Source of the DNA: Abditibacterium sp.
GTDB taxonomy: Bacteria > Armatimonadota > Abditibacteriia > Abditibacteriales > Abditibacteriaceae
Reading direction: 5' to 3'
Length of the DNA: 64,000 nucleotides
Assembly: GCA_965199495.1 (NCBI GenBank)
Contig: CBDASK010000003.1
Location: 3,168,001 to 3,232,000 of the forward strand
The position numbers and the translations under genes are program-made. Shown piece by piece: positions 9,313-18,411 of this stretch. The notes under the pieces were generated by a model that saw nothing but the letters and a program-made list of their open reading frames with translations, did not search any database and was not told the DNA's origin. Positions within the stretch are counted from its first letter, which is position 1. Each line of letters starts with the position of its first letter.

Positions 9313-10365
9313 ATGACGAAAACTTTAGCTTACGCGGCGCAGTCCGCGACGACACCGATGGCGCCGTGGGAATTTGAGCGCCGCGAATTGCGCGCCGACG
9401 ACGCGGACATCGAAATATTATATTGCGGCGTCTGTCACACCGACATTCACATGACGCGCGACGAGTGGGGCGGCGGCGTTTTCCCGATGGTGCCCGGCCA
9501 CGAAATCATCGGGCGCGTCGTTGGCGTCGGCAGCGCCGTGACCAAACACCAAGTTGGCGATATGGTCGGCGTCGGCACTCTGGTGGATTCGTGCCGCGAA
9601 TGCGCGGCTTGCCAGCAAGATTTGGAAGTGTATTGCGAGCAATATCCGACTTCGACTTACGGCGCGCGCGACCGTCACGACGGCTCCCTGACTTACGGCG
9701 GTTACTCGCAGCGCATCGTGACGGCGGAGCATTTCGTGTTGAAATTGCCCGAAGGTTTAAACCCGAAATCTGCCGGGCCGCTGCTCTGCGCGGGCATCAC
9801 GACTTACTCGCCGCTGCGCCACTGGAAAGTCGGGCCGGGACAACGCGTCGCGGTCATCGGTTTGGGCGGTTTGGGCCACATGGGAATCAAATTCGCTCAC
9901 GCGATGGGCGCGCAGGTCACGCTGTTCACGCGCAGCGCAGACAAAGCCGAAGAAGCCACGCGATTGGGCGCCACAAACGTGATAATTTCGACCGATGCGG
10001 AACAGATGAAAGCGGCGGGCAACAGTTTCGATTTGATTCTCGATACGGTTCCGGTCGCCCACGATTTGAACCCGTATCTGGCGACTTTGAAGCTAAACGG
10101 CACCTTCGTCATCGTCGGCCAACTGGACGCGATTGACCCGACAGTGCAGGCGGTTTCGTTGATTTTGAACCGTCGTTCGCTGGCCGGTTCGGGCAGCGGA
10201 GGCGTTGCTGAGACGCAGGAAATGCTCGAATTCTGCGCCGAAAAAGGTATCACTTGCGACGTGGAAATGATTGATATTCAAGACATCAATCAGGCGTTCG
10301 AGCGCGTGGTGAAAAGCGATGTGCGCTATCGTTTCGTGATCGATATGGCGTCGCTGAAAAAGTAG
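9313..10365 (+). CDS. Zn/NADP-dependent cinnamyl-type alcohol dehydrogenase (YahK/AdhC-like)
   Basis: CGVCHTD, GHE, four-Cys Zn loop, PLLCAGITTYSPL, GLGGLG; RBS AGGA before ATG 9313. Confidence 0.93.
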   Translation: MTKTLAYAAQSATTPMAPWEFERRELRADDADIEILYCGVCHTDIHMTRDEWGGGVFPMVPGHEIIGRVVGVGSAVTKHQVGDMVGVGTLVDSCRECAACQQDLEVYCEQYPTSTYGARDRHDGSLTYGGYSQRIVTAEHFVLKLPEGLNPKSAGPLLCAGITTYSPLRHWKVGPGQRVAVIGLGGLGHMGIKFAHAMGAQVTLFTRSADKAEEATRLGATNVIISTDAEQMKAAGNSFDLILDTVPVAHDLNPYLATLKLNGTFVIVGQLDAIDPTVQAVSLILNRRSLAGSGSGGVAETQEMLEFCAEKGITCDVEMIDIQDINQAFERVVKSDVRYRFVIDMASLKK

Positions 10366-10385
10366 GGGAGCGCATAAAATAAATC

Positions 10386-11354
10386 ATGTCACAGAATTCA
10401 AACCCAACGAAAACGATGAAAGCGATGATGGTGCCGCAATTTGGCGGGAGCGACCAATTTCGCATGGAACAGATCGAACGTCCCGCCCCCAAAGCTGGCG
10501 AAGTGCTGATTCGGATCGCGGGAACGAGCGTGAATCCGGTTGATGTCAAAGCCCGCGCGGGCGAACTTCCGCAGATGTTTCCCCCGGCGCGACTGCCATT
10601 TTTGCTCGGATTCGATGCCAGTGGCCGAGTGGAAGAGTTGGGCGCGGGCGTCAGCGATTGGAAAATTGGCGATACGGTTTATGGCTTTCCCGCGATGGAT
10701 CCGGGCACCTTCGCCGAATATGTTTGCATTGATGCGAATAACGTCGCCGCGCCGCCGCAATCTTTGGCGCTGGCCGATGCGGGCGCAATTCCCCTCGCGG
10801 CGATGACGGCGTGGCATGGTCTGATCACACAGGGCGAAATGAAGCGCGGTCAAAGCGTGCTAATTCAGGGCGGATCGGGCGGCGTCGGTCATTTCGCCGT
10901 GCAGTTCGCTCATCGGTTGGGCGCTAAGGTTTACGTCACGGCGTCGGGCAAAAATCAGGATTTTCTGCGCGAACTGGGCGCGGACATGGCGATTGATTAC
11001 AACACCGATGAACTTCAAGAGTTGGCGGGCCAGATGGATTTGGTGTTCGACCTCGCGTTTTTCAAAACGCAGGAAAAATCGTGGGCGTGCCTGAAACCCG
11101 ACGGGATGCTGGTGATGGCGGCGGGGCAACCCAATATGACGCTGGCCACTTCGCCCAATCAACGCGCCCTTTTTGCGATGGCGCAATCCACGAGCGACGA
11201 TTTGGCGCGCGTCGCCAAAATGGTGGATGACAACGAAGTGCGCCTCACGATTTCTGGGCGTTTTGATTTGGAACAAGTCGGCGCCGCGCAAGACCAATTG
11301 GATCGCGGCGGCAATCGGGGCAAATTGTTGGTGACCGTCGCGCCAGAACTCTAA
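10386..11354 (+). CDS. NADP-dependent oxidoreductase (MDR, quinone reductase-like)
   Basis: SVNPVD, GFDASG, GGSGGVGHFAVQ, GKLLV; no Zn ligands. Confidence 0.9.
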   Translation: MSQNSNPTKTMKAMMVPQFGGSDQFRMEQIERPAPKAGEVLIRIAGTSVNPVDVKARAGELPQMFPPARLPFLLGFDASGRVEELGAGVSDWKIGDTVYGFPAMDPGTFAEYVCIDANNVAAPPQSLALADAGAIPLAAMTAWHGLITQGEMKRGQSVLIQGGSGGVGHFAVQFAHRLGAKVYVTASGKNQDFLRELGADMAIDYNTDELQELAGQMDLVFDLAFFKTQEKSWACLKPDGMLVMAAGQPNMTLATSPNQRALFAMAQSTSDDLARVAKMVDDNEVRLTISGRFDLEQVGAAQDQLDRGGNRGKLLVTVAPEL

Positions 11355-11475
11355 AGTTGGAAGCCGCTTTCGAGCGCAAAATTAAAAATATAAAAACATG
11401 ACACGTCGGCCTCGTCGGAGCCAATCCGAACCAGAGTTGGGCCAAACTTTCGCATTTGCTTGCGATTGCGGCTTT

Positions 11476-11499
11476 GCGAACACAAGATTCGCCCCTACG
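11476..11499 (-). repeat. Single GTAG-type REP (second family)
   Basis: Reverse strand reads CGTAGGGGCGAATCTTGTGTTCGC (GTAG foot plus hairpin). Confidence 0.55.
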
Positions 11500-11521
11500 A
11501 AAAAACGTAATCAACCAATAT

Positions 11522-12463
11522 TCAGCCCGCGTAAATTTCCAGTTCCCAATCTTCCAATTCCGGTTCGGGCGAATCGCGCGCGAACTCGACCGCCGCTTCG
11601 ATTTCGGCTTCGACAGCAGCAGCCACGGCGGCGTAATCGTCATCGCTAATATTCATCGCGCGACGCAATTGCAAAATTGGGTCGCGCAATTTTTCGCGGT
11701 CTTCTTCTTCGCGCGTGCGGTAATCGCGCATATCGCTTTTGGAGTGGCCGTAATAACGATAGGTTTTCATCTCCAACAAACTCGGCCCTTGGCCGTCGCG
11801 CGCGCGCGTGGCTGCTATCTCGACGGCATTGCGCACGGCGAAGAAATCGCTGCCATCGGTGACGCTGCCCGGCACGCCATAACCGATGGCGCGCGCGGCG
11901 ATGTCGGGCGTGGCGAAGGCTTCGTCGAAACGCGTGGACATCGCGTATTGATTGTTTTCGCAGATGAACAAAACCGGCAGTTTCCAGATCGCCGCCATAT
12001 TCAAACTTTCGTGAAACGTGCCCTGATTGGCGCCGCCCTCGCCGAAAAATGTGGCGACGATTTGCCCGCTTTCACGCATCTGCGCGCTCAAGCCCGCGCC
12101 GGTGGCTATTGGCAGGCCGCCTGCCGTGATGCCGTTTGAACCTAAAAAACCAATCCCATAATCGGCGACGTGCTGCGAGCCGCCGCGCCCTTTGCTCGGC
12201 CCGCCCGATTTCCCCCAGATTTCGGCCATCAAAGCCGGAGCGCTACCGCCTTTGGCCAGAAAATGGCCGTGCCCGCGATGCGTCGAAGTCATTAAATCGT
12301 CATCGCGCAAAACGGCGCACACGCCACAAGCCACGGCCTCTTGACCGGCGTAAAGATGCGACGTGCCTTTAATGACGCCGCTCGAAAACAGTTCGTCGAG
12401 CTTTTCTTCAAAGCGGCGAATTAAAAGCATCTGGCGCAAAACGGGGAGCAGTTGTTGGGGCAT
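11522..12463 (-). CDS. TPP-dependent dehydrogenase E1 alpha subunit (PdhA/AcoA-like)
   Basis: IRRFEE, HLYAGQEA, STHRGHGH, GEGGANQGTFHESLN..ENNQYA, YRYYGHS. Confidence 0.9.
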   Translation of the reverse strand: MPQQLLPVLRQMLLIRRFEEKLDELFSSGVIKGTSHLYAGQEAVACGVCAVLRDDDLMTSTHRGHGHFLAKGGSAPALMAEIWGKSGGPSKGRGGSQHVADYGIGFLGSNGITAGGLPIATGAGLSAQMRESGQIVATFFGEGGANQGTFHESLNMAAIWKLPVLFICENNQYAMSTRFDEAFATPDIAARAIGYGVPGSVTDGSDFFAVRNAVEIAATRARDGQGPSLLEMKTYRYYGHSKSDMRDYRTREEEDREKLRDPILQLRRAMNISDDDYAAVAAAVEAEIEAAVEFARDSPEPELEDWELEIYAG

Positions 12464-12535
12464 AAAATAAGTTTGACAGACGTTCAGTTCTCTGGTGCCG
12501 CAAGTTAAACTTTGGTTTGGAGTTAATAAATTTTT

Positions 12536-13042
12536 ATGCCCCATTATTTCTACAATGGCGAGTTCACCAGCGAAGGAGATTTCGGCGACTCAGACCCACA
12601 TTCACGCGATGAGAACGGAGATTTTAGTGGCTATTATTCGGCCAATGCGCGGTTTGAGGCCAGCCAGTTACCCGCGCGCACACGCCGAATTCTCGGTGTT
12701 TTTGCCAATATGGGTGCGACTCATGTTCATTGTTCCTATAACGGCGGCTTCGACGAAGGATTCGCATTTTTCGAGGCGCTGACCGTTCACGGCGAAAAAG
12801 TCGAAAAAGCGACTGTCATTGAGCGCATCATTGCTAATTCGTTAGATCAAATGCCGGATTATGAATTTAACGGATATGAGCCAAATTCGCCTGAAGAGAA
12901 AATTGGCAATTTGCTCGATTGGTATTTCGCCGATGTTCTGGCGACGCTCTTGTTAGGGCGTGGCTATGGAACGGGCGAAGGTTCGATGCGCGGCGCTTTT
13001 GTAGCCGATTTAGGGAGCGGCCAAATCACTGACCAAGAGTAA
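12536..13042 (+). CDS. Hypothetical acidic protein, resembles DUF6878 family
   Basis: MGATHVHCSYNGGFDEG motif and position directly upstream of DUF6915; family call from recall. Confidence 0.6.
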   Translation: MPHYFYNGEFTSEGDFGDSDPHSRDENGDFSGYYSANARFEASQLPARTRRILGVFANMGATHVHCSYNGGFDEGFAFFEALTVHGEKVEKATVIERIIANSLDQMPDYEFNGYEPNSPEEKIGNLLDWYFADVLATLLLGRGYGTGEGSMRGAFVADLGSGQITDQE

Positions 13043-13048
13043 ATTTTC

Positions 13049-13456
13049 ATGGCTCATCCTTATCATCACGCCGTTCGTTCGGCCAAATTGTTCGGCGGCG
13101 AGCCAGAAGATTATCTGGCGATTCATTCGTGGTTCGACGAGTCAAAAGCGTTTATGCCCGACATTCGGCATCGGGCTTTGCGCCATCACAGCGAAGGCAT
13201 CTTTTTGTGCGAGAGCATTTTTGGCGTGACGCTGGGAAACAGCGCCGGACGCAAGGTGCCCGTGCGTTCGATTGGCGAACAGCACGTTCAAGACGATTTA
13301 GGTTGGATTCCCACGGTCAAAGATTGGCTGGGCCAAATGCCGATTCAGCCTTGGATGGGCCGCACGCCTTTTCGTCCGGCCCGCGAAGCAAGCCGGGAAT
13401 CGGAGCAAACGAAGGACGCGGAATCACAACGACAAAACGGCCCGATTTCGCAGTGA
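13049..13456 (+). CDS. DUF6915 family protein
   Basis: MAHPYHHA..S...GG..EDY..IH.WFDESK....D.RHRALRHHSEGIF...IGEQHV.DDLG.IPTV.DW. Confidence 0.85.
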   Translation: MAHPYHHAVRSAKLFGGEPEDYLAIHSWFDESKAFMPDIRHRALRHHSEGIFLCESIFGVTLGNSAGRKVPVRSIGEQHVQDDLGWIPTVKDWLGQMPIQPWMGRTPFRPAREASRESEQTKDAESQRQNGPISQ

Positions 13457-13482
13457 AAGCGGGCCGTTTTAATTCCGTCCAA

Positions 13483-14748
13483 TTACAAATTTAAAAACGC
13501 GCTTGGCCCGTTCTCGAAATCGAGACGCACGCCGCGACGGTTGTTGTCATACGTCGCGCTGCCGTTCAACCCATCGGCCAAAGTCGCGATGGGCGCGAAG
13601 AAATCGCTGCCGCTCTGTTGAATGGGCGCCGAAATATCCACGCGGCGCCCGTTGACGTTGGCGGTTTTGGCGCCCGGCGTGAAGACGACATAAGCATCAC
13701 CGCGCGACACAACCAACTCGCGCCCGCGCCGTTCGATGTTGCCGCCCGCATAACGCGCCATATCGTTGGCCGAAGCCAAAACTACGCGATATTTTCCATC
13801 CTGCACCATGCGAACGCCAATCGTGCGATTGCCGGTTTGTGGCATCGGATTGGGCGCCGTGTTCGATGGCCGAGGTGTGTTCGGGGAGTTGTAAGTTGGA
13901 TAATTATTGTTGGTCGGATAAATATCGCCGTTGTTGTAATTGCCACCTGATCCCGACAGGTTAAGCAAGCCGCCGCCTTTTTGAGCGACTTGCACCAGAT
14001 TATCTTTGCGAATGACTTCGGTCAGCTTTTTCACGCGCGCATCGGAAGTCGGATGGTCGGACAGATATTTACCGATGCCGTTGCCGCCATCGCCCAATTT
14101 GCCCATCATCGAAACCGCCGCGCGTGGGTCGAAGCCCAAACGCGACATCGCGTGAACGCCATAGTCATCGGCGTCGCTTTCCTCGCCACGCGAATAGCCC
14201 TTTTGCCACAGCGTGAAACCCACGCCAGTCAAAGTGCCAACGACGTTGCCATTGCCGCCACCACCCAAAATCGCGCCCAAAATGCCGACGCCCAAGCCGA
14301 CTTGCTGCTGTTTCTCGACCGAATGCACAACGTCGCGATGTTCGATGTGCCCGGTTTCGTGGCCCAAAACAAACGCCAGTTCGGCGTCGTTGGAGGTCGT
14401 CGAAATCAGCTTTGTCGTGACGAAAATCGGGCCACCGGGCGCGGCGAAGGCGTTCAAAACTTTATCGTTTTGCAAAACCGTGTAAGAGTAGGGAATGTTT
14501 TTGCGCGAAGCCTGGCGCGCGAACATCGCACCGATGCGATTGACGCGTTGCTGACGCGCATCGTTTTGCGAGAGCGCGCGGCCATACTCTTTCTCGGCCT
14601 GCGCTTTAGCCTGACGACCGGCGTCAATCTCTTCCTGCTCGGAAATTTTGGAAAACTGCGCCTGCGCCGGAGGAGCCACCGCGAGGGCGCCGCCAGTGGC
14701 GAGGGTGCAAAGCAACGCGGTGCGTCGCAAAAGAGAATTAAGTTTCAT
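13483..14748 (-). CDS. Secreted M48 family metallopeptidase with C-terminal copper-amine-oxidase-N-like domain
   Basis: Signal peptide from MKLNSLL; NAFAAPGG, HETGH, YSRGEESDAD, DHP; the track's longer N-terminus is antisense to the rhodanese. Confidence 0.9.
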   Translation of the reverse strand: MKLNSLLRRTALLCTLATGGALAVAPPAQAQFSKISEQEEIDAGRQAKAQAEKEYGRALSQNDARQQRVNRIGAMFARQASRKNIPYSYTVLQNDKVLNAFAAPGGPIFVTTKLISTTSNDAELAFVLGHETGHIEHRDVVHSVEKQQQVGLGVGILGAILGGGGNGNVVGTLTGVGFTLWQKGYSRGEESDADDYGVHAMSRLGFDPRAAVSMMGKLGDGGNGIGKYLSDHPTSDARVKKLTEVIRKDNLVQVAQKGGGLLNLSGSGGNYNNGDIYPTNNNYPTYNSPNTPRPSNTAPNPMPQTGNRTIGVRMVQDGKYRVVLASANDMARYAGGNIERRGRELVVSRGDAYVVFTPGAKTANVNGRRVDISAPIQQSGSDFFAPIATLADGLNGSATYDNNRRGVRLDFENGPSAFLNL

Positions 14749-14875
14749 GGTTTTTGGAATTTTGGCGCTCGAAAATGCGCCGGTTTGTTGGGTTTCAGAG
14801 ACGGCAAAATTCGCACCGCGTTCAAAATATCGCGAAAGGCGCGTAACTTGCGACAGGATTTGCGAAGAACTTTCA

Positions 14876-14934
14876 TCTAATCCTACCTCGCAGGTGGGAT
14901 TAGACTTGAACTCCGTTAGCGCGCAGGGTAAAAT
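14876..14934 (+). promoter_or_regulatory. Palindromic operator (Rrf2/CymR-like) followed by a sigma70 promoter
   Basis: TCTAATCCTACC-TCGCA-GGTGGGATTAGA at 14876-14904, then TTGAAC-17-TAAAAT at 14906-14934. Confidence 0.65.
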
Positions 14935-14973
14935 AATTTGCGCCGCGCGAAGAATTGCAAGGAAAAAATCAGA

Positions 14974-15825
14974 ATGTCCATTGAAAACAAGGGCTATGCC
15001 CACCCCGAAGTGCTGGTTGATACCGATTGGGTTCGCCAGCATAAAGATGACGCCAACGTTAAATTGTTGGAAGTTGACGTTGACACCAACGCTTATGACG
15101 AGGGCCACATTCCCGGTGCCGTCGCATGGAACTGGACGAGCCAATTGTCCGATAATGTGCGCCGCGATATTTTGAGCGCCGACGATTTGGAAAAGTTGGC
15201 GTCGCAGAGCGGCGTTTCCAACGACGACACCATCATTTTGTATGGCGACAACAACAACTGGTTCGCGGCGTTCGCGTTCTGGATTTTGAAGATGTATGGT
15301 CACCAAGATGTGCGCCTGATGGATGGTGGACGCAAAAAATGGGTCGCCGAAAACGGCGAACTGACGACGAGCGAGGAAAAGCCCGAATCGAGCGAATATA
15401 AGTCGCAAGAGTTGGATTCGAGCATCCGCTCCAACGTCACCGAAGTTTTGCGCATCATCGAGAGCGGCGATTATCAGTTGGTTGATGTGCGCTCGCCCGC
15501 CGAATTTAGCGGCGACGTGATCGCACCGCCCGGCATGACCGAAACCGCCCAGCGCGGCGGCCACGTCCCCGGCGCCAAAAGCATTCCGTGGGCTTTGACT
15601 GTCGAAGAAGATGGCACTTTCAAGGACGCCGACAAGTTGAAAAATTTGTATGGCGACAAGGGCATTGATACCGATAAACCCGTCGTGGCTTACTGCCGCA
15701 TCGGCGAGCGTTCGAGCCATACCTGGTTCGTTTTAACCTATCTGCTGGGCGTCGAAGGTTGCAAAAACTACGACGGTTCATGGACGGAATACGGCTCGAT
15801 GGTCGGCGTGCCCATCGAGAAATAG
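14974..15825 (+). CDS. Tandem-domain rhodanese sulfurtransferase (CysA/SseA/TtuD-like)
   Basis: YAHPEVLV, GHIPGA, active-site YCRIGERS, YDGSWTEYG. Confidence 0.95.
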   Translation: MSIENKGYAHPEVLVDTDWVRQHKDDANVKLLEVDVDTNAYDEGHIPGAVAWNWTSQLSDNVRRDILSADDLEKLASQSGVSNDDTIILYGDNNNWFAAFAFWILKMYGHQDVRLMDGGRKKWVAENGELTTSEEKPESSEYKSQELDSSIRSNVTEVLRIIESGDYQLVDVRSPAEFSGDVIAPPGMTETAQRGGHVPGAKSIPWALTVEEDGTFKDADKLKNLYGDKGIDTDKPVVAYCRIGERSSHTWFVLTYLLGVEGCKNYDGSWTEYGSMVGVPIEK

Positions 15826-15952
15826 TCGCACTGTAAATCACGCCAAAACTCTGAAATGGCTTTGTCCGCGCCCGCGAAAGGGAATGCGATTTTCGTATTT
15901 AAAGGCGCGCCCGTGCGGGCAAAGTCTTGTTTGCTCACCCGATAACCCTCTT

Positions 15953-16453
15953 ATGTCAACCCAAGAATCTCATCTCCGCAGCCTCGTCAAAGGCATTAGC
16001 TGGCGTGCAACCGGCACCATTGATACAATCGTCATCGCGACTTTTGTGACGCACGATTTTTCGACTGCCCTCAAAATCGGCGCCGTCGAAGTTTTCACCA
16101 AAGTTGCGCTTTATTACGGCCACGAACGCGTGTGGCAGAAAATCGGCTGGGGCAAACCCGTCGTCAACGCGCAGTGGAAGACTGAAAAACCGACCAAAGA
16201 TTCTCCACTGCGCAGCATTGTCAAAGGTATCAGTTGGCGCATCACCGGCACCGTGGACACGATGGTCATCTCCTACTTCGTCACTGGGAATCCGATGTTG
16301 GCGCTTAAAATCGGTGGCGTCGAGATATTCACCAAGCTGGCGCTTTACTATGTTCACGAGCGCGTCTGGCAAAAAGTCAAGTGGGGCCAACCCAAAAATT
16401 CGAGCGGCCAAACGCCCACAATTGGCGCCGAAGCGACGGCCATCGGTTCGTAA
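15953..16453 (+). CDS. Membrane protein with two tandem DUF2061 domains
   Basis: Duplicated RS(L/I)VKGISWR.TGT.DT...K.ALYY.HERVWQK..WG. Confidence 0.88.
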   Translation: MSTQESHLRSLVKGISWRATGTIDTIVIATFVTHDFSTALKIGAVEVFTKVALYYGHERVWQKIGWGKPVVNAQWKTEKPTKDSPLRSIVKGISWRITGTVDTMVISYFVTGNPMLALKIGGVEIFTKLALYYVHERVWQKVKWGQPKNSSGQTPTIGAEATAIGS

Positions 16454-16456
16454 ATT

Positions 16457-16840
16457 ATGTCTACCGCTTCCAACTTCACCAAAAAAGTCTTGAACGCGCC
16501 CGAATTGGCGCAGATTCCGTTCGACGTGGCTGTGCTTGACGGCTACCTCGAAAAAAGCGATGTGCGTATCACGCGTACACGTAGCGTGGGGCGAGTTAAG
16601 GCGCCGACGTGGAGCGTGGATTTTGGCATTGCGCCCGATGAAAAAACACTTCACGTCACGCTCAATCAGTTGATTCAGAAACTGCCCGAACGCGAGCGCG
16701 AAAACTGGTTCCGCCATGTTGCCGCCGACCGTTATTCGGAGAATTATCTGAAGATGCAAGGTTCGCACGCCTGCATTGACGACGGTAACTTGCGCGGCTG
16801 GGGCGAACCCGAGCCATCGGACGAAGATAGTTTGTTTTAA
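16457..16840 (+). CDS. Hypothetical protein in the rhodanese operon
   Basis: 127-aa ORF, 3-bp gap to the upstream gene, typical codon usage, followed by a terminator. Confidence 0.75.
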   Translation: MSTASNFTKKVLNAPELAQIPFDVAVLDGYLEKSDVRITRTRSVGRVKAPTWSVDFGIAPDEKTLHVTLNQLIQKLPERERENWFRHVAADRYSENYLKMQGSHACIDDGNLRGWGEPEPSDEDSLF

Positions 16841-16851
16841 AACGGATAGTA

Positions 16852-16912
16852 AAAGACCCGCGACGAGAGTGGAGCCAAACGGTTTAACTCTTGTCGCGGG
16901 TTTTTGTTTTTG
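16852..16912 (+). terminator. Intrinsic terminator
   Basis: ACCCGCGACGAGAGT...ACTCTTGTCGCGGGT followed by TTTTGTTTTT. Confidence 0.75.
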
Positions 16913-16927
16913 GGAGCATAATTTATT

Positions 16928-17359
16928 ATGATGAAATGGCAAGCCAGTTGGCAATTTTGGGCTTTGGGTAGCGCGATTTTCGCGGCGGCGACGGCGATTA
17001 CCGCCAAAGTCGGCGTGAGCGGCGTGGATTCCAACTTGGCGACGGCGATTCGCACCGTCGTCATCGGCGCGTTCGCGTGGGCTATCGCGTGGAAAACCGG
17101 CGCCTTTAGCGAAGTCGGCCAACTCAGCAATCGCACTTGGCTGTTTTTGATTATTTCGGGTTTGGCGACGGGCGCTTCGTGGCTCTGTTACTTTCGTGCG
17201 TTGCAGTTGGGGCCAGCCGCGCGCGTGGCGCCGGTTGACAAACTCAGCGTTGTCTTCGTCATCGTTTTGGCGGCGCTGTTTCTGGGCGAACCTCTGACTT
17301 GGCGTTCTGCGCTGGGCGGTGGACTTATCGCGTTAGGCGCGTGGATTTTGGCGACTTAA
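16928..17359 (+). CDS. EamA/DMT family transporter (single domain)
   Basis: AKVGVSGVDSNLATAIRT...SWLCYFRALQ.G....VAPVDKLS. Confidence 0.9.
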   Translation: MMKWQASWQFWALGSAIFAAATAITAKVGVSGVDSNLATAIRTVVIGAFAWAIAWKTGAFSEVGQLSNRTWLFLIISGLATGASWLCYFRALQLGPAARVAPVDKLSVVFVIVLAALFLGEPLTWRSALGGGLIALGAWILAT

Positions 17360-18360
17360 CGCATCTCGATTTTGCTCACGCGCATCATTTTGTTGCTCCA
17401 CGAGCCGGTCAATTTGACTTTGGAACCGACGGTCAAAAGCGCGGGTTTGGCGACCAGTAATTGAATCGGATAATTGGTATCGCCAGCGCGCACCGTCCAT
17501 TTGGAGCCACCGCCAGCGACGATATTGCCGCTCAAAACGCGCGGGCGATAATTGGGGCCATAGGGTTTGCTGACATTGGGCGCTGAACCGATGCCACTGG
17601 ATTTACCATTCAAAACGCGCAGGTTGCTCGCTTGCCACAAGCCTTGCGCGCTATCCCAAAAAGCCCAGATGCGCACGCGCTGACCCGCCTTCACATTGGG
17701 ATTATCGCCAAAAAGCGAAAGCACGCGATCTTGCCTTCCACCGGCTTGAATCTCGAAAATGTTGCCGCGCGGATTACTGGCGACGGCGCCCACAACAGCC
17801 TGCTGCGGTTCGTAAGTGGGCGCTGTGCCAATCGCCTGACGTTGCGCCGTGATCATCACTTGGGTCGCCAGAACCACGCCTTTTTCGCGCTTGCCGACAA
17901 CGCTCACCAAATCGCCGCGACTTAGCCCCGCCGCCTTTTCCTTGACCGGTAAAACGCGATAAATCGAGCCTCCCAGACTTTTAACCTGAAATTCATCGCC
18001 CGGCAAATCGCGATAAACCGCACCGCTAATTGTGAAATTTGGCGTGACTTTGCCGTTCAACGCTTTCACAGATTTCCAACTATAACCGGTCAAAACGCCG
18101 TTTTTCCACGCTCCCGATACGCGAATTCGGTCGCCGTTAGCAATTGCGAACGGCGCTTTGCCCGCGACGCGATAATAACGGTCATAGGAACGCAGCCAAA
18201 CTTCGTCTGCATCGCGACGCCCGACGATGTCGCCCGTCAACGTTAAGGTCTGCGCGCTTTGCGCTTGCGCGACGGGCAAACTAAGCGGCAAAGTCAACGG
18301 CGTGACGAGAAAAAGCGAGAGCGAAACGGCGGTTTTAGTTTTCATGGATGACAAACTCAT
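17356..18360 (-). CDS. Secreted basic protein with about 4 repeated OB-fold-like beta modules
   Basis: Signal peptide; recurring G(D/Q/S)-x-V-x-V-x-G-x-W units. Confidence 0.7.
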   Translation of the reverse strand: MSLSSMKTKTAVSLSLFLVTPLTLPLSLPVAQAQSAQTLTLTGDIVGRRDADEVWLRSYDRYYRVAGKAPFAIANGDRIRVSGAWKNGVLTGYSWKSVKALNGKVTPNFTISGAVYRDLPGDEFQVKSLGGSIYRVLPVKEKAAGLSRGDLVSVVGKREKGVVLATQVMITAQRQAIGTAPTYEPQQAVVGAVASNPRGNIFEIQAGGRQDRVLSLFGDNPNVKAGQRVRIWAFWDSAQGLWQASNLRVLNGKSSGIGSAPNVSKPYGPNYRPRVLSGNIVAGGGSKWTVRAGDTNYPIQLLVAKPALLTVGSKVKLTGSWSNKMMRVSKIEMR

Positions 18361-18411
18361 GAGCGTTTTTCGCGCCACGAACTGAGCGCGATGAGTTTTC
18401 AAACGTCGCAT

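Noticed and set aside
14749..15720. N-terminal 320 aa of the 745-aa ORF 13483..15720
   Set aside because: Antisense to the rhodanese; the true peptidase starts at 14748 with a signal peptide.
15830..15950. Possible riboswitch between the rhodanese and DUF2061 (ACTGTAA, AAGGGAA words)
   Set aside because: The words are in the wrong order for a cobalamin riboswitch; only a loose inverted repeat is present.
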